The notes below the pieces were generated by a model, which was not told the DNA's origin, made no database searches, and saw only the letters and a list, made by a program, of their open reading frames with translations. From an uncultured Arcobacter sp. (GTDB taxonomy: Bacteria; Campylobacterota; Campylobacteria; Campylobacterales; Arcobacteraceae), in the NCBI GenBank assembly GCA_965140705.1, contig OZ223301.1, forward strand, positions 128,001 to 192,000: DNA of 64,000 bases. The letters run 5' to 3'. The position numbers were made by a program, and so were the translations under genes. Positions 49,975 through 62,569 of the stretch are shown here, piece by piece (positions within the stretch are counted from its first letter, which is position 1; the number at the start of each line of letters is the position of its first letter).

Positions 49975-50487
49975 GTGAACAAATTATTATTAACTTTATT
50001 AGCTTTGGCTCCTGTAGCGTTATTTGCTAATAGTGATGGTGCGGAAACTGATATTATTCAAAGAACCGTTAACTTTGTAATTTTTGCTGGAATTTTATGG
50101 TATTTATTAGCTGATAAAATTAAAGCTTTTTTTGCAAACAGAACTTTAGAAATTCAATCTGAATTAGATAAAGTACAAGATACTTTAAAAGCTTCACAAT
50201 CAAAAATTGATGAAGCAGCAGTAAAATTAGATGAAGCTAAAAAATTAGCTGCAGAAACTGTTGAACTTGCAAAATCAGAAGTTGGTGCATTAAAACAAAA
50301 AGTTGCAGATGCAGTTGACCATGATATTGCTCAATTAAACAAAAATTTCGCTGAAAGAATCGAAGTTGAAACTAAAAAAGTGCAAAGACAAGTTGTTGAA
50401 GAAATTCTTGAAGAGCTACTTAAATCTGAAAATATTGCATTATCGCAAGATGAATTAGCAAGTATTATTCTTAAGAAGGTGGCGTAA
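49975..50487 (+). CDS. atpF: F0F1 ATP synthase subunit B
   Basis: RTVNF.IF.GIL.Y plus coiled coil; synteny. Confidence 0.9.
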   Translation: MNKLLLTLLALAPVALFANSDGAETDIIQRTVNFVIFAGILWYLLADKIKAFFANRTLEIQSELDKVQDTLKASQSKIDEAAVKLDEAKKLAAETVELAKSEVGALKQKVADAVDHDIAQLNKNFAERIEVETKKVQRQVVEEILEELLKSENIALSQDELASIILKKVA

Positions 50488-51017
50488 TGAATGATTTAAT
50501 TGCAAAAAGATACGTTAAAGCACTATTGGATGGTAAAGATGTAGCTACTGCAACTTCAATTTGTAATGAATTAAGTGAAATTTCAAAAGCATTTGCTGAT
50601 GATAAGTTTATCTCTATCATATCTTCAATTGAAGTAAAAGAATCTCAAAAAACAGATTTAATAATCTCGTTGATTGATAATATTTCTGATACTACAAAAA
50701 ATTTAATAAAATTGTTAGGTAGTAAAAAAAGATTGGAAATTATTCCATTTATACTTGCAGAATTAAAAGCTAATATTGCAGTAATGGAAAATTCTTATGA
50801 AGGTGTTGTTTATACTAACAATGCGTTATCTGATCAATATATTAACTCTATTGCAGAGCAATTTAGTAAGAAATTTGATGTTAAATTATCTTTAACTCAA
50901 AATGTATGTGATTATGATGGTATTAAAGTTGATATTGATGGACTTGGAGTTGAGATTAGCTTCTCAAAAGATAGACTTAAATCACAAATGATAAATCATA
51001 TTTTAAAAGCAGTTTAG
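50487..51017 (+). CDS. atpH: ATP synthase delta
   Basis: IAKRYVKAL; synteny. Confidence 0.9.
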   Translation: MNDLIAKRYVKALLDGKDVATATSICNELSEISKAFADDKFISIISSIEVKESQKTDLIISLIDNISDTTKNLIKLLGSKKRLEIIPFILAELKANIAVMENSYEGVVYTNNALSDQYINSIAEQFSKKFDVKLSLTQNVCDYDGIKVDIDGLGVEISFSKDRLKSQMINHILKAV

Positions 51018-51038
51018 AACTTATAAAGGAGAAATTGA

Positions 51039-52556
51039 ATGGGTGCAAAAATTCAAGCTGATGAAATCAGTTCGATCATCAAAGAAAGAATTGATAACTT
51101 TGAATTAAATGTAGATGTAAATGAGACTGGTAAAATTATCTCTTATGCAGATGGTATTGCTCAAGTTTACGGTCTTAAGAATGTTATGGCTGGTGAGATT
51201 GTAGAATTTGAAAATGGCGAAAGAGGGTTAGCTTCTAACCTTGAAGAGTCTTCAGTAGGTGTTGTTGTTTTAGGTTCTGGAAATGGATTAAGAGAAGGTT
51301 CTTCTTGTAAAAGAATTGGAAAACTATTAGAAACACCAGTTGGTGAAGCTATGGTTGGAAGAGTTGTTAATGCATTAGGTGAACCAATTGATGGAAAAGG
51401 AACTATTGAAGCAAGTGAATCAAGATTTGTTGAAGAAAAAGCTCCTGGAATCATGGCTAGAAAATCAGTTCATGAACCATTACAAACAGGTATTAAAGCA
51501 ATTGATGCACTTGTTCCAATTGGAAGAGGACAAAGAGAGCTTATTATTGGAGATAGACAAACTGGTAAAACAACTGTTGCTATTGATACAATTCTTAACC
51601 AAAAAGGTGAGAATGTAGTTTGTATTTATGTTGCAATTGGTCAAAAATCATCTTCAATTGCTTCTGTTGTTAGAACATTAGAAGACTCTGGTGCAATGGA
51701 ATATACAATTGTTGTTAATGCTTCAGCTGCAGATTCAGCTACATTACAATTCTTAGCTCCATATACTGGTGTTACAATTGGTGAGTACTTTAGAGATAAT
51801 GGTAAACATGCATTAATTGTTTATGATGATTTATCAAAACATGCAGTTGCATATAGAGAGATGTCATTAATCTTAAGAAGACCTCCAGGTCGAGAAGCTT
51901 ATCCAGGGGATGTATTTTACCTACACTCAAGATTACTTGAGAGAGCTGCTAAAATGTCAGATGAAAGAGGTGCTGGTTCAATGACAGCTTTACCTATTAT
52001 CGAAACACAAGCTGGAGACGTTGCTGCATATATTCCAACAAATGTTATTTCTATTACAGATGGTCAAATCTTCCTAGAAACTAACCTTTTCAACTCAGGA
52101 ATCAGACCTGCAATTAATGTAGGACTTTCAGTATCAAGAGTTGGTGGAGCAGCACAAATTAAAGCTACTAAGCAAGTTGCTGGTACTTTAAAATTATCAC
52201 TTGCACAATATAGAGAACTTGAAGCATTTGCTCAATTCGCATCTGATCTTGATGAAAGTACAAGAAGAGAACTTGAACTTGGTCAAAGAATGGTAGAAGT
52301 ATTAAAACAAGGTGTTAATAAACCTTTAGTTATTGAAAAACAAGTTGTTATTATTTATGCTGGAACTAAAGGATATTTAAATGATATCGCAGTTTCTGAT
52401 GTTGTAAGATTTGAAGATGAATTACATGCATTTATTGAGCAAAAATACTCAAATATTTTAGATGAAATTAAATCTAAGAAAAAATTAGACGAAGATACTG
52501 AAGATAATTTAAAATCTGCGTTAGAAGAGTTTAAAACTGTTTTTAGTGCAAAATAA
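51039..52556 (+). CDS. atpA: ATP synthase alpha
   Basis: [29 protein letters not shown]. Confidence 0.98.
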   Translation: MGAKIQADEISSIIKERIDNFELNVDVNETGKIISYADGIAQVYGLKNVMAGEIVEFENGERGLASNLEESSVGVVVLGSGNGLREGSSCKRIGKLLETPVGEAMVGRVVNALGEPIDGKGTIEASESRFVEEKAPGIMARKSVHEPLQTGIKAIDALVPIGRGQRELIIGDRQTGKTTVAIDTILNQKGENVVCIYVAIGQKSSSIASVVRTLEDSGAMEYTIVVNASAADSATLQFLAPYTGVTIGEYFRDNGKHALIVYDDLSKHAVAYREMSLILRRPPGREAYPGDVFYLHSRLLERAAKMSDERGAGSMTALPIIETQAGDVAAYIPTNVISITDGQIFLETNLFNSGIRPAINVGLSVSRVGGAAQIKATKQVAGTLKLSLAQYRELEAFAQFASDLDESTRRELELGQRMVEVLKQGVNKPLVIEKQVVIIYAGTKGYLNDIAVSDVVRFEDELHAFIEQKYSNILDEIKSKKKLDEDTEDNLKSALEEFKTVFSAK

Positions 52557-52566
52557 GGATTAGTCA

Positions 52567-53451
52567 ATGGCTAACTTAAAAGAGATTAAATTAAAAATTG
52601 GTAGTGTTAAAAATACTCAGAAGACTACAAAAGCTATGAAGCTTGTATCTTCTGCAAAACTTACGCGTACTAGACAATTGTCTGACCAAGCTAAAAGTTA
52701 TGCGGAGAAGATTAATCAAGTTCTTTCTGAGATTGCACACAGAGTTGGCAAAGTTCAAGATGATGGAATGCATAATAGAGCATTCATTCAAAATGAAAAT
52801 CCAAAAACAGTAGATATCGTTTTTGTTACTGCTGACAAAGGTCTTTGTGGTGGATTCAACATGGCTACAATTAAAGCTGTAACCCATATGATGAATGAAT
52901 ACAAAGCAAAAGGTGTAACTGTAAGATTAAGAGTTGCTGGAAGAAAAGGTGTTGATTATTTTACTTTCCAAGGTGAAACATTAACTCAAAAAGTTAGTGA
53001 TTTGTCTTCTACACCTGATTATAATAGAGCTTCTGATTTTATTCAAGAAGTTGTAACTGATTTCCAAAATGGAATTACTGACAAAGTAGTTCTAATTTAT
53101 AATGGATTTCTTAATATGTTAACTCAAGAGTTAAAAACAAAAGAAATCTTACCAATCAGTTTAGAAAATGTTGAGTTAAAAGAAGAATCATCTATGCTTA
53201 ATATTGAGCCAGATGATGATGAAGAAGTGTTAAATGAGCTAACTGAGAAATACATTCAATTTAATATGTATTACTCTTTACTTGATTCTTTAGCTGCTGA
53301 ACATAGTGCAAGAATGCAAGCTATGGAAGCTGCAACTAAGAATGCAAAAGAAAAAGTTGATAGTTTAACAGTTGAGTACAATAAAGCTAGACAAGCTGCA
53401 ATTACAACAGAGCTGATAGAAATTATCAGTGGTGTTGAAGCATTAAAATAA
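52567..53451 (+). CDS. atpG: ATP synthase gamma
   Basis: DKGLCGGFN, YNKARQAAITTELIEI. Confidence 0.98.
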   Translation: MANLKEIKLKIGSVKNTQKTTKAMKLVSSAKLTRTRQLSDQAKSYAEKINQVLSEIAHRVGKVQDDGMHNRAFIQNENPKTVDIVFVTADKGLCGGFNMATIKAVTHMMNEYKAKGVTVRLRVAGRKGVDYFTFQGETLTQKVSDLSSTPDYNRASDFIQEVVTDFQNGITDKVVLIYNGFLNMLTQELKTKEILPISLENVELKEESSMLNIEPDDDEEVLNELTEKYIQFNMYYSLLDSLAAEHSARMQAMEAATKNAKEKVDSLTVEYNKARQAAITTELIEIISGVEALK

Positions 53452-54864
<1,413 letters not shown>

Positions 54865-54881
54865 ACCATTAAGGTAAATTT

Positions 54882-55259
54882 ATGGATACACTAAAATTAT
54901 CAATAGTTACACCAAATGGACCAATATTTAATGGTGACGTTAAAACTGTAACTCTTCCTGGAAAAGAGGGAGAGTTTGGAGTATTACCAGGTCACTCATC
55001 ATTGGTATCTTCATTAACAGTTGGTGTAATTGTAATTGAAAAAGAGAATACAACTGAGGCAGTAGCAATTAATTGGGGTCACGTTAATGTTAGCGAGACT
55101 TCAGTTGATGTTTTGGCTGATGGTGCTGTTGCACTTACTCAGGGTGGAGACTCTGATATTGCTAAAGCTATTGATGCTGCAAAAGAACTTGTTAATTCAG
55201 TTTCTGATGCTAACGTATCAATTGCATCTGTTGAAGCAAAAATCAACTCATTTAGTTAA
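54882..55259 (+). CDS. atpC: ATP synthase epsilon
   Basis: IVTP, LPG.EGEFGVLPGH. Confidence 0.95.
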   Translation: MDTLKLSIVTPNGPIFNGDVKTVTLPGKEGEFGVLPGHSSLVSSLTVGVIVIEKENTTEAVAINWGHVNVSETSVDVLADGAVALTQGGDSDIAKAIDAAKELVNSVSDANVSIASVEAKINSFS

Positions 55260-55265
55260 GTAAAA

Positions 55266-55826
55266 ATGATTGATATAATTTTAAATTATTTTACAAATAG
55301 TAGTGCTATTACACTTGTTGTATTAGCTCTGCTATCTGTTTATTTTATTCTGATTTTTTGGCTTTTTATTTATAAAAATAGTCAATTATCTGGACTAATT
55401 ACTAATGAAAAAAAGTCTTTAGAAACACTTACTTCTAGAGATTCAATGTTAAGTCCACTGTCTGGTTTAAGTAGATGTGCAAAAACATCTAGATCAAAAC
55501 CCTTATTACATGCTTGTGAAATTTCAATTATTAAAGATGCTAGTGAAGGTCTTTCTTGGTTATCTATAGTATCTTCAACTTCTCCATTTATTGGTTTATT
55601 TGGTACTGTTGTTGGAATTTTAGAGTCATTTGCAAAATTTTCAACTCAATCAAAAGTTGGATTTTCAATTATTGCTCCTGCTATTTCAGAAGCATTGGTT
55701 GCAACTGCGGGTGGAATTTTTGTAGCAATTTTTGCTTATTCATTTCATCAAATATTGACTAGAAAAGTTTATGAATTAAACACTTACCTAAAGGCTCAAT
55801 CTGAAATTTTGATTGCTAAGGCATAA
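55266..55826 (+). CDS. tolQ: MotA/TolQ/ExbB proton channel
   Basis: SPFIGLFGTV.GI, APAISEALVATA.G; precedes tolB-pal. Confidence 0.85.
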   Translation: MIDIILNYFTNSSAITLVVLALLSVYFILIFWLFIYKNSQLSGLITNEKKSLETLTSRDSMLSPLSGLSRCAKTSRSKPLLHACEISIIKDASEGLSWLSIVSSTSPFIGLFGTVVGILESFAKFSTQSKVGFSIIAPAISEALVATAGGIFVAIFAYSFHQILTRKVYELNTYLKAQSEILIAKA

Positions 55827-55830
55827 AAAT

Positions 55831-56220
55831 ATGTATGATTATAACCAAAAGCCTGATTTGAATATTACACCAATGGTAGATATTATGTTAGTATTACTAG
55901 CAATTTTAATGGTTACAGCTCCTGTTATAGAGTTTGAGGAGCCTGTAAATTTACCAAAAGGTAGTAAATCTAGACAATTACAAGATGTTAAAAAAATATC
56001 TATTTTAGTTACAAAAGATAGAGAAATTATTATTGGAAAAAACAAATACAAATTAAAGAATTTTGCTGATAGTTTTATCCTTTATTCAAATAATAAAAAT
56101 AAAGATACACCCATTTATATAAGAGCTGATAAAAATTTAATTTATGATGATGTTATCTTTGTGCTAAAAACAGTCAAGGAAGCTGGGTTTTTTAAAGTTT
56201 CTTTAATCACAGATGGATAA
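55831..56220 (+). CDS. tolR: ExbD/TolR protein
   Basis: NITPMVDIMLVLL, IRADK; start moved to ATG 55831. Confidence 0.85.
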   Translation: MYDYNQKPDLNITPMVDIMLVLLAILMVTAPVIEFEEPVNLPKGSKSRQLQDVKKISILVTKDREIIIGKNKYKLKNFADSFILYSNNKNKDTPIYIRADKNLIYDDVIFVLKTVKEAGFFKVSLITDG

Positions 56221-56222
56221 GT

Positions 56223-56963
56223 ATGTTTTTCTCACATTCTATTTCAAAGCAAAATAGTTTTCTCATTGCTTTATTCACATATATTATTATTATATTTCTA
56301 TTTTTTCTTTATGTTAAAACTTCCGATGTTAAAAAATTTGATGCTTTTAATAAAACAACTACAATCGAACTTAGTATTTTACTAGATAAAGATAGTAAAA
56401 TTATAAATAAAGAGTCACATAAAGAGAAAAGTAAAACAATCGATAAAGTTGTTGAAAAGTCAAAATCAATAAGTGCTAAACAACAAAATAGTGTAAAATC
56501 TCTTTTTGCAAATGTTAAAGATACAAGTGATAATGTTATTGAAAAAAATGTTAATAATGTTGTTAAATCTGAAGTATCAAGTAGATTTAAAGCAAAATTT
56601 GAGAAAGAGAGAAAAAGTGATAAATTATCAGTATCTACTTTATTAAATAATGTAAAATCAAAAGCTTCAGTAATGCCAAGTAATGAATCAAAAAATTCTG
56701 TTGATCCATATTATTCTAAAATTTATGAATTATTAGCAAAAAGATGGAATCCAAGTATAGTTGGCGATGATTTATCTGCAAAAGTATTAGTAATTATTAC
56801 AAATGATGGTAAATTTGATTATAGATTTTTAAAATACTCTGGAAATGAATTTTTTGATAAATCTTTAACCTCTTTTTTAAATGAACAAGTTAATATTACA
56901 TACCCAGAACATGATAAAGGTTCTGAAGTAAAAATTGAAGTAATATTTAAATCAGAAAGGTAA
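56223..56963 (+). CDS. TolA/TonB C-terminal domain protein
   Basis: N-terminal TM, Lys/Ser-rich linker, SGN..FD motif; synteny. Confidence 0.75.
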   Translation: MFFSHSISKQNSFLIALFTYIIIIFLFFLYVKTSDVKKFDAFNKTTTIELSILLDKDSKIINKESHKEKSKTIDKVVEKSKSISAKQQNSVKSLFANVKDTSDNVIEKNVNNVVKSEVSSRFKAKFEKERKSDKLSVSTLLNNVKSKASVMPSNESKNSVDPYYSKIYELLAKRWNPSIVGDDLSAKVLVIITNDGKFDYRFLKYSGNEFFDKSLTSFLNEQVNITYPEHDKGSEVKIEVIFKSER

Positions 56964-56968
56964 TAATT

Positions 56969-58237
56969 ATGAAAAAAGTATTTTTTTTATTAACATTAAT
57001 TTGTATTAATTTATTTGCAGTTGATGCCTCAATGGAGATTATTAAAAAATCTGATAATTTACCAAAAATAGAAATATCAGTTGCAAGTGATACAGCAAAT
57101 ATTGAATATGCAAATAAAATAAAAAAAGTATTGATTCAAGACTTACTAGTAAGTGGTCATTTTGAAGCAATGCCAAGTAAAGAAAAAATAAGTTTTTCTT
57201 CTAATCCAAACATGTTGGGTCTTAAAAATAGAGGAATTGATTTATTTTTAAATGTATCAATAAAAGAGAGTAGTTTTGGAGGATTAAATTTAAATATCAA
57301 ACTTTTTGATAATAATTTAATGCAACTAATTTTAGAGAAAACTATCTCTTCATCTCAATTGGATAGATATCCATTTGTGGCACATAGAACAGCTATTATT
57401 ATTAATAAACATTTAAATGCGCCATCAATTGATTGGATGGATAAGTTTGTGATTTTTTCTGTATATAAAGATGCAAAAGAAGCAAATATTGTAATAGGTG
57501 ATTATACTTTAACTTTTCAAAAAACTATTATTAGAGGTGGGTTAAATATTTTCCCTAAATGGGCTAATAATAAACAAGATAGTTTTTATTATACATCTTA
57601 TAGAGGCTCTTCTCCTCAATTAATAAAATATAATTTATATACTAGAAAAGTCAATTATATAATGAAGTCACAAGGTATGGTAGTTTGTTCAGATGTTAAT
57701 AAAGATGGTTCAAAGCTTTTAATTACAGCTTCTCCTGAAGGACAACCTGATATTTATTTGTATGATACAAAAAATAAAAGAAAAGAGAGATTGACAAATT
57801 ATAAGGGAATTGATGTTGGAGCCCATTTTGCAGAAAATGATACAAAAATAGTTTTTGTATCTGATAGATTAAATCATCCAAATATATTCGCAAAAAAAAT
57901 TAATGGTAGAGGAGTTGAGAGATTAGTTTATCATGGTAGAAATAACTCTTCAGCTACAACTTTTGATAATTATGTAGTTTATAGTAGTAGAGAGACACAA
58001 AATGAATTTACTGATAATACATTTAATTTATATTTGATTTCTTTAAAAAGTGATTTTATTAGAAGATTAACAACCAATGGAGTGAATCAATTTCCAAAGT
58101 TTTCAAGTGATGGAGAATCGGTTTTATTTATAAAGAACTACCGAAATAAAAGTAATGTGGGAATAATTAGACTAAATTATAATAAATCATTTTTATTTCC
58201 TTTAACTAATGGCAAATTACAATCAATAGATTGGTAA
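56969..58237 (+). CDS. tolB: Tol-Pal protein TolB
   Basis: Signal peptide, beta-propeller repeats (FVSDR, P.FS.DG), ends IDW. Confidence 0.9.
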   Translation: MKKVFFLLTLICINLFAVDASMEIIKKSDNLPKIEISVASDTANIEYANKIKKVLIQDLLVSGHFEAMPSKEKISFSSNPNMLGLKNRGIDLFLNVSIKESSFGGLNLNIKLFDNNLMQLILEKTISSSQLDRYPFVAHRTAIIINKHLNAPSIDWMDKFVIFSVYKDAKEANIVIGDYTLTFQKTIIRGGLNIFPKWANNKQDSFYYTSYRGSSPQLIKYNLYTRKVNYIMKSQGMVVCSDVNKDGSKLLITASPEGQPDIYLYDTKNKRKERLTNYKGIDVGAHFAENDTKIVFVSDRLNHPNIFAKKINGRGVERLVYHGRNNSSATTFDNYVVYSSRETQNEFTDNTFNLYLISLKSDFIRRLTTNGVNQFPKFSSDGESVLFIKNYRNKSNVGIIRLNYNKSFLFPLTNGKLQSIDW

Positions 58238-58307
58238 AATGTTATTATATAATAATGAGTTAAGTTTGGTTTGAGTAAAATTTAATAATTCACAATAAGG
58301 ATAATTA

Positions 58308-58850
58308 ATGAAAAAATATGGTTTATTAGCTTTTATAGCAGCTACATTACTATTTACAGGGTGTAGTCAGAAAACAGTTGAAATGGAAAATACAACTCCA
58401 GCTCCAACTAATTCGGAATCTAGTTTAAATACAGTTGAAACTACTGATAATAGTGGTATGACTGCTGATAATATGACTACTGATGGAAAAGGTAACTACT
58501 TTGTAGTTGATGGTAAGAAAGTATTTGTTAAATCAATTTATTTTGGTTTTGATAAATATAATTTAACAGAAGATCAAAGAAAAGTTGCTTCTGAAAATGC
58601 TACAAAACTTAAAGGTTTAGATGGAAGTATTAAAGTTGAAGGTAACTGTGATGAATGGGGAACTGACGAATATAACTATGCTTTAGGTTTAAAAAGAGCA
58701 AAAGTTGTAAAAGATGCATTAGTTTCTGATGGAATTGCTTCTAACTCTATTTCAATTGTGAGTTTTGGAGAAAGTAATCCTGTTTGTTCAGAAAAAACTA
58801 AAGAGTGTTGGGCTAAAAATAGAAGATCAGAATATAAGCCACTTCCATAA
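58308..58850 (+). CDS. pal: Peptidoglycan-associated lipoprotein
   Basis: Lipobox FTGC; IYFGFDK, EGNCDEWGTDEYNYALG..RA, NRR. Confidence 0.95.
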   Translation: MKKYGLLAFIAATLLFTGCSQKTVEMENTTPAPTNSESSLNTVETTDNSGMTADNMTTDGKGNYFVVDGKKVFVKSIYFGFDKYNLTEDQRKVASENATKLKGLDGSIKVEGNCDEWGTDEYNYALGLKRAKVVKDALVSDGIASNSISIVSFGESNPVCSEKTKECWAKNRRSEYKPLP

Positions 58851-58853
58851 TAT

Positions 58854-59849
58854 ATGAACAAATTTTTTATAATTATTTTATTAACGAGCACATTAACATA
58901 TGCCGAAGAGGTGTCTGTTTTTGGTGCTGGTAATTTAGATTCTGCTAATCCATATGGATTAACAAAAACAGAAAAACGTATTTTAAAGAACAAAAATGAG
59001 TTAGGTTCAATTGATACAAAAGTAAAAACAGTAAAAACTACTGTTAATAGTTTAAGTGAGAGAATTGATGGCCTAGAATCAATCTATGAAGGCGATTCTC
59101 AAAAATTAAATAATGTTGTTTTAACATTAAATAAACTTTTAAATGACTTTGAAACAAATCAAAATCTTACAGACAAAAATACTGCAGATGTAAAAGAATT
59201 AAAAAAATCTATAGATCAATTAAATACTTTACAAAAAAATATTTCTGATGAGAATACTAAAAATTTAAAAAATTTAAAAGAAGCTATTGAAAAATTAACT
59301 AATAAAATAAATAAAATTGATTCTAATTATTTATCTGAAAAAGATTTTAAAAAAAATATGGATCAATTTGTTACTGTAAAAGAGTTTGAAGCTTTGAAAA
59401 AAAGCTTAAATATCAAAAGTAGTAAAAAAACTCAATCCAATGTAAGTGTAAAAAGTAATAATTCGGAAAAGGTAAGTTCTACAGATGATAATGCATCTAT
59501 TTTAGAAGAAGCAAAAAGACTTTTTAAAATTGATTATTTTACAAAAGCTATCCCAATGTTTGAAGGTTTGATTGCTGCTAATTATAAGCCAGCTGAATCA
59601 AACTATTACCTTGGAGAGATTTGGTATTATAGAAAAGATTATGATAAAGCAATTTCATACTTTAAAAAATCTGCATTGTTATATGATAAGGCTGATTGGA
59701 TGCCAAAATTATTACTTCATAGTGCAATATCATTTGAAAAAACTAATGATTTAAAAAATGCTGCCTCTTTTTATGAGACTTTGATGACTAATTACCCAGA
59801 CTCAAAAGAAGCAAAAAGTGCAGATAAAAATCTATCGAAATTAAATTAA
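58854..59849 (+). CDS. CpoB/YbgF-like periplasmic coiled-coil/TPR protein
   Basis: Signal peptide, coiled coil, C-terminal TPR ending YPDS.EA; follows pal. Confidence 0.8.
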   Translation: MNKFFIIILLTSTLTYAEEVSVFGAGNLDSANPYGLTKTEKRILKNKNELGSIDTKVKTVKTTVNSLSERIDGLESIYEGDSQKLNNVVLTLNKLLNDFETNQNLTDKNTADVKELKKSIDQLNTLQKNISDENTKNLKNLKEAIEKLTNKINKIDSNYLSEKDFKKNMDQFVTVKEFEALKKSLNIKSSKKTQSNVSVKSNNSEKVSSTDDNASILEEAKRLFKIDYFTKAIPMFEGLIAANYKPAESNYYLGEIWYYRKDYDKAISYFKKSALLYDKADWMPKLLLHSAISFEKTNDLKNAASFYETLMTNYPDSKEAKSADKNLSKLN

Positions 59850-59863
59850 AAAAAAGGAAAAAC

Positions 59864-60439
59864 ATGTCAAAAGTTATAGGTATAGAATATACATTAAAAG
59901 ATGCTAATACAGGAGATCATTTAGATTCAAATGTTGGTGCAGCACCATTAGAGTTCGTTTCAGGAAAAGGTCAAATAATCCCAGGATTAGAAGCAAAATT
60001 AGTTGAAATGGCTGTAAATGAAGAAGCTGATGTTTTAGTTGAACCAAAAGATGCTTATGGTGAATTAAACCCAGAAGCTGTTCAAACATTACCAAAAGAG
60101 CAATTTGCAGGAATTGAATTAAAAGAGGGTATGAGCCTTTATGGAACTGGTGAACAAGGTGAAACAGTTCAAGTTACAGTTACAGGTTTTAATGACAATG
60201 AAGTAACAATTGATTATAACCATCCAATGGCTGGTAAAACATTAATGTTTTCTGTAGCTATTTTAAGCTCAAGAGCTGCAACTGATGAAGAAATTCAAAC
60301 AGGTGTTGTTGGTGGAATGGCTGCTATGGGTGGCGGTTGTTGTGGTGGTGGAAGCCATGACCATGGATCATCAGAAGGTGGTTGTTGTTCAAGTGAACCT
60401 AAACAAGAATCTCATGGTGGTTGTGGTTGTAGCCACTAG
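59864..60439 (+). CDS. slyD: FKBP-type PPIase SlyD with Cys/His-rich tail
   Basis: G.GQIIPGLE, DYNHPMAGKTL.F, tail GGCCGGGSHDH...CGCSH. Confidence 0.95.
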   Translation: MSKVIGIEYTLKDANTGDHLDSNVGAAPLEFVSGKGQIIPGLEAKLVEMAVNEEADVLVEPKDAYGELNPEAVQTLPKEQFAGIELKEGMSLYGTGEQGETVQVTVTGFNDNEVTIDYNHPMAGKTLMFSVAILSSRAATDEEIQTGVVGGMAAMGGGCCGGGSHDHGSSEGGCCSSEPKQESHGGCGCSH

Positions 60440-60464
60440 TATTTATTACTCTACACAAATATTT

Positions 60465-60506
60465 AAAATGCCCAAAAGCACTTTTGCTTTTGGGCATTTT
60501 ATTTTT
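60465..60506 (+). terminator. Intrinsic terminator after slyD
   Basis: 16-bp stem aaaatgcccaaaagca/tgcttttgggcatttt plus T run. Confidence 0.88.
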
Positions 60507-60571
60507 ATGACAAATATTAAATAGTATAATGCCATTTTAAAATGAAGTAAAAGATATAAGGATTAAAATAT

Positions 60572-61501
60572 ATGAAAAAAGTTGCTTTTATATTCCCTGG
60601 ACAAGGAAGTCAAAAAGTTGGTATGGGAAAAGATTTTTTTGAAAATAGTGATATTGCAAACGATATGATTAAAAAAGCTAGCGATAGATTGGGAATAAAT
60701 TTTGAAGAGCTTTTATTTGAAGAAAATGAAAATTTAGGAAAAACTGAATATACACAACCAGCTATTCTTTTAGTATCTGCAATTGCTTTTGAACTTTTAA
60801 AAGATAAATGTGATATTAAACCAGAATTTCTATTAGGTCACTCACTTGGTGAATTTTCAGCTTTAGTAGCAGCTGGTGCAATTGATTATTTAGATGCAAT
60901 TGAATTAGTTCATAAAAGAGGACTTTTTATGAATGAAGCTTGTTCTGGTGGAAATGCTGGAATGATGGCATTAGTTGGATTAGAAGATTCAAAAGTTGAA
61001 CTTATTTGCGAAGAACAAAGAGAAAATGGTAAAAAAGTTTGGCCAGCAAATTATAATATGGATGGACAATTGGTTCTTGCAGGTATTAAATCTGATTTAG
61101 AATCACTTGTAGATACTTTTACCGCTGCTGGGGCAAAAAGAGCAATAGTACTTGATATGAGTGTTGCTAGTCATTGTGAGTTGCTTACAAGTGCAGTTGA
61201 AAATTTAAGACCATATTTGGAAGAGTATATTAAAGATGAATTTTTACCAGTAGTTTCAAATGTATCAACTGATGTATATACTACAAAGGAAGAAGCAATA
61301 GAACTATTAGCTTCACAACTTACAAGCCCAGTAAAATATAAACAATCAATAGAAAAGTATGCTTCTAAAATCGATTTATTTATAGAGTTTGGAAATGGTG
61401 TTGTATTAAAAGGCTTAAATAGAAAAATAGTAAAAGTTCCAACAGCAAATATATCTGATATGAGTTCATTGGAAAAAGTAATTGGAGAAATTAATGAATA
61501 A
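60572..61501 (+). CDS. fabD: Malonyl CoA-ACP transacylase
   Basis: FPGQGSQ, TQPAI, GHSLGE, SVASH. Confidence 0.97.
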   Translation: MKKVAFIFPGQGSQKVGMGKDFFENSDIANDMIKKASDRLGINFEELLFEENENLGKTEYTQPAILLVSAIAFELLKDKCDIKPEFLLGHSLGEFSALVAAGAIDYLDAIELVHKRGLFMNEACSGGNAGMMALVGLEDSKVELICEEQRENGKKVWPANYNMDGQLVLAGIKSDLESLVDTFTAAGAKRAIVLDMSVASHCELLTSAVENLRPYLEEYIKDEFLPVVSNVSTDVYTTKEEAIELLASQLTSPVKYKQSIEKYASKIDLFIEFGNGVVLKGLNRKIVKVPTANISDMSSLEKVIGEINE

Positions 61502-62189
61502 ATTAGCAATAATGGGAGCTATGGAAGAGGAGATTGAACCTCTATTGGCTCATTTTGATAATGTAAATGTAGTAGAGTTTGCAAATAATAAATATTATGA
61601 GGTATCTTATAAAGGGCTAGAAATTGTAATTGCATACTCTAAAATAGGAAAAGTATTTGCTAGTTTAACAGCAACAACTATGATAGAAAAGTTTGGATGT
61701 GATACTTTACTATTTTCAGGGGTTGCAGGTGGAATTAATCCTGAACTTAAAATTGGTGATTTAATTATTGCAAATAAACTTTGTCAACATGACTTAGATA
61801 TTACTGCTTTTGGACATCCTCATGGATATGTACCTGGTGGTAGTGTATTTGTTGAGACAACAAAAGAATTAAATGATATTGCAAAAAAAGTAGCTTCGGA
61901 TAATGGAATGAAAGTTATTGAAGGAACTATTGCAACAGGTGATCAATTTGTTCATTCATCTGAAAGAAAAGATTTTATACAAAGTACTTTTAATGGAGAT
62001 GCTTTAGAAATGGAAGGTGCAAGTGTTGCAGTTGTTTGTGATGCTTTAAATATTCCTTTTTTTATCCTTAGAGCTATATCTGATACAGCAGATATGGATG
62101 CAGGATTTGATTTTGATGAATTTTTAAAATCAAGTGCAAAAAATTCAGCTGACTATTTAATAAAAATAGTTGATGAATTATTAAAATAA
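61494..62189 (+). CDS. mtnN: MTA/SAH nucleosidase
   Basis: IMGAMEEE, IGKV.A, TGDQF, EMEGA, RAISD.A; ATG 61494 after SD ggag. Confidence 0.96.
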   Translation: MNKLAIMGAMEEEIEPLLAHFDNVNVVEFANNKYYEVSYKGLEIVIAYSKIGKVFASLTATTMIEKFGCDTLLFSGVAGGINPELKIGDLIIANKLCQHDLDITAFGHPHGYVPGGSVFVETTKELNDIAKKVASDNGMKVIEGTIATGDQFVHSSERKDFIQSTFNGDALEMEGASVAVVCDALNIPFFILRAISDTADMDAGFDFDEFLKSSAKNSADYLIKIVDELLK

Positions 62190-62209
62190 GAGTTTTACTC
62201 TTATTTTAA
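62181..62209 (+). terminator. Hairpin after mtnN
   Basis: ttaaaataagagt/actcttattttaa inverted repeat. Confidence 0.6.
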
Positions 62210-62312
62210 CTACTAAACTCAATAAAAACTATCAAAAAACTCTATAAAATATTACTAAAATTTACAAACCAAAATTTTTTTCAAAATTTAAGCAAATATT
62301 AAAGAAAACCCC

Positions 62313-62392
62313 TTGACAAAGGCAAAAAAACCTATTATAATTCCCGTCCAATTTGAGTGACAAACGTCGCGAAGAGTTGATGTTCTTTAACA
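62313..62392 (+). promoter_or_regulatory. rRNA operon promoter and boxA
   Basis: TTGACA (62313), 17 bp, TATAAT (62336), GC-rich discriminator tcccgtcc, boxA tgttctttaaca (62381-62392). Confidence 0.88.
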
Positions 62393-62569
62393 AACTACGG
62401 TTTAAAGAAGTAAGTAACTTTTATAAACCGAATATGATATAAAACAAGAGAATATAAAAATTCTCGTCTATTAAAAAAACAATGAGTAATGTCAGTAAAC
62501 AATTGCAATTAATTTTCTTAGGGAAATTAGATAAAAGAGTTAGACACTAGTCAAGATTAAACAAAACAT

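Noticed and set aside
60325..60439. Cys/His/Gly-rich SlyD tail as a novel metallothionein
   Set aside because: Known metal-binding tail of SlyD
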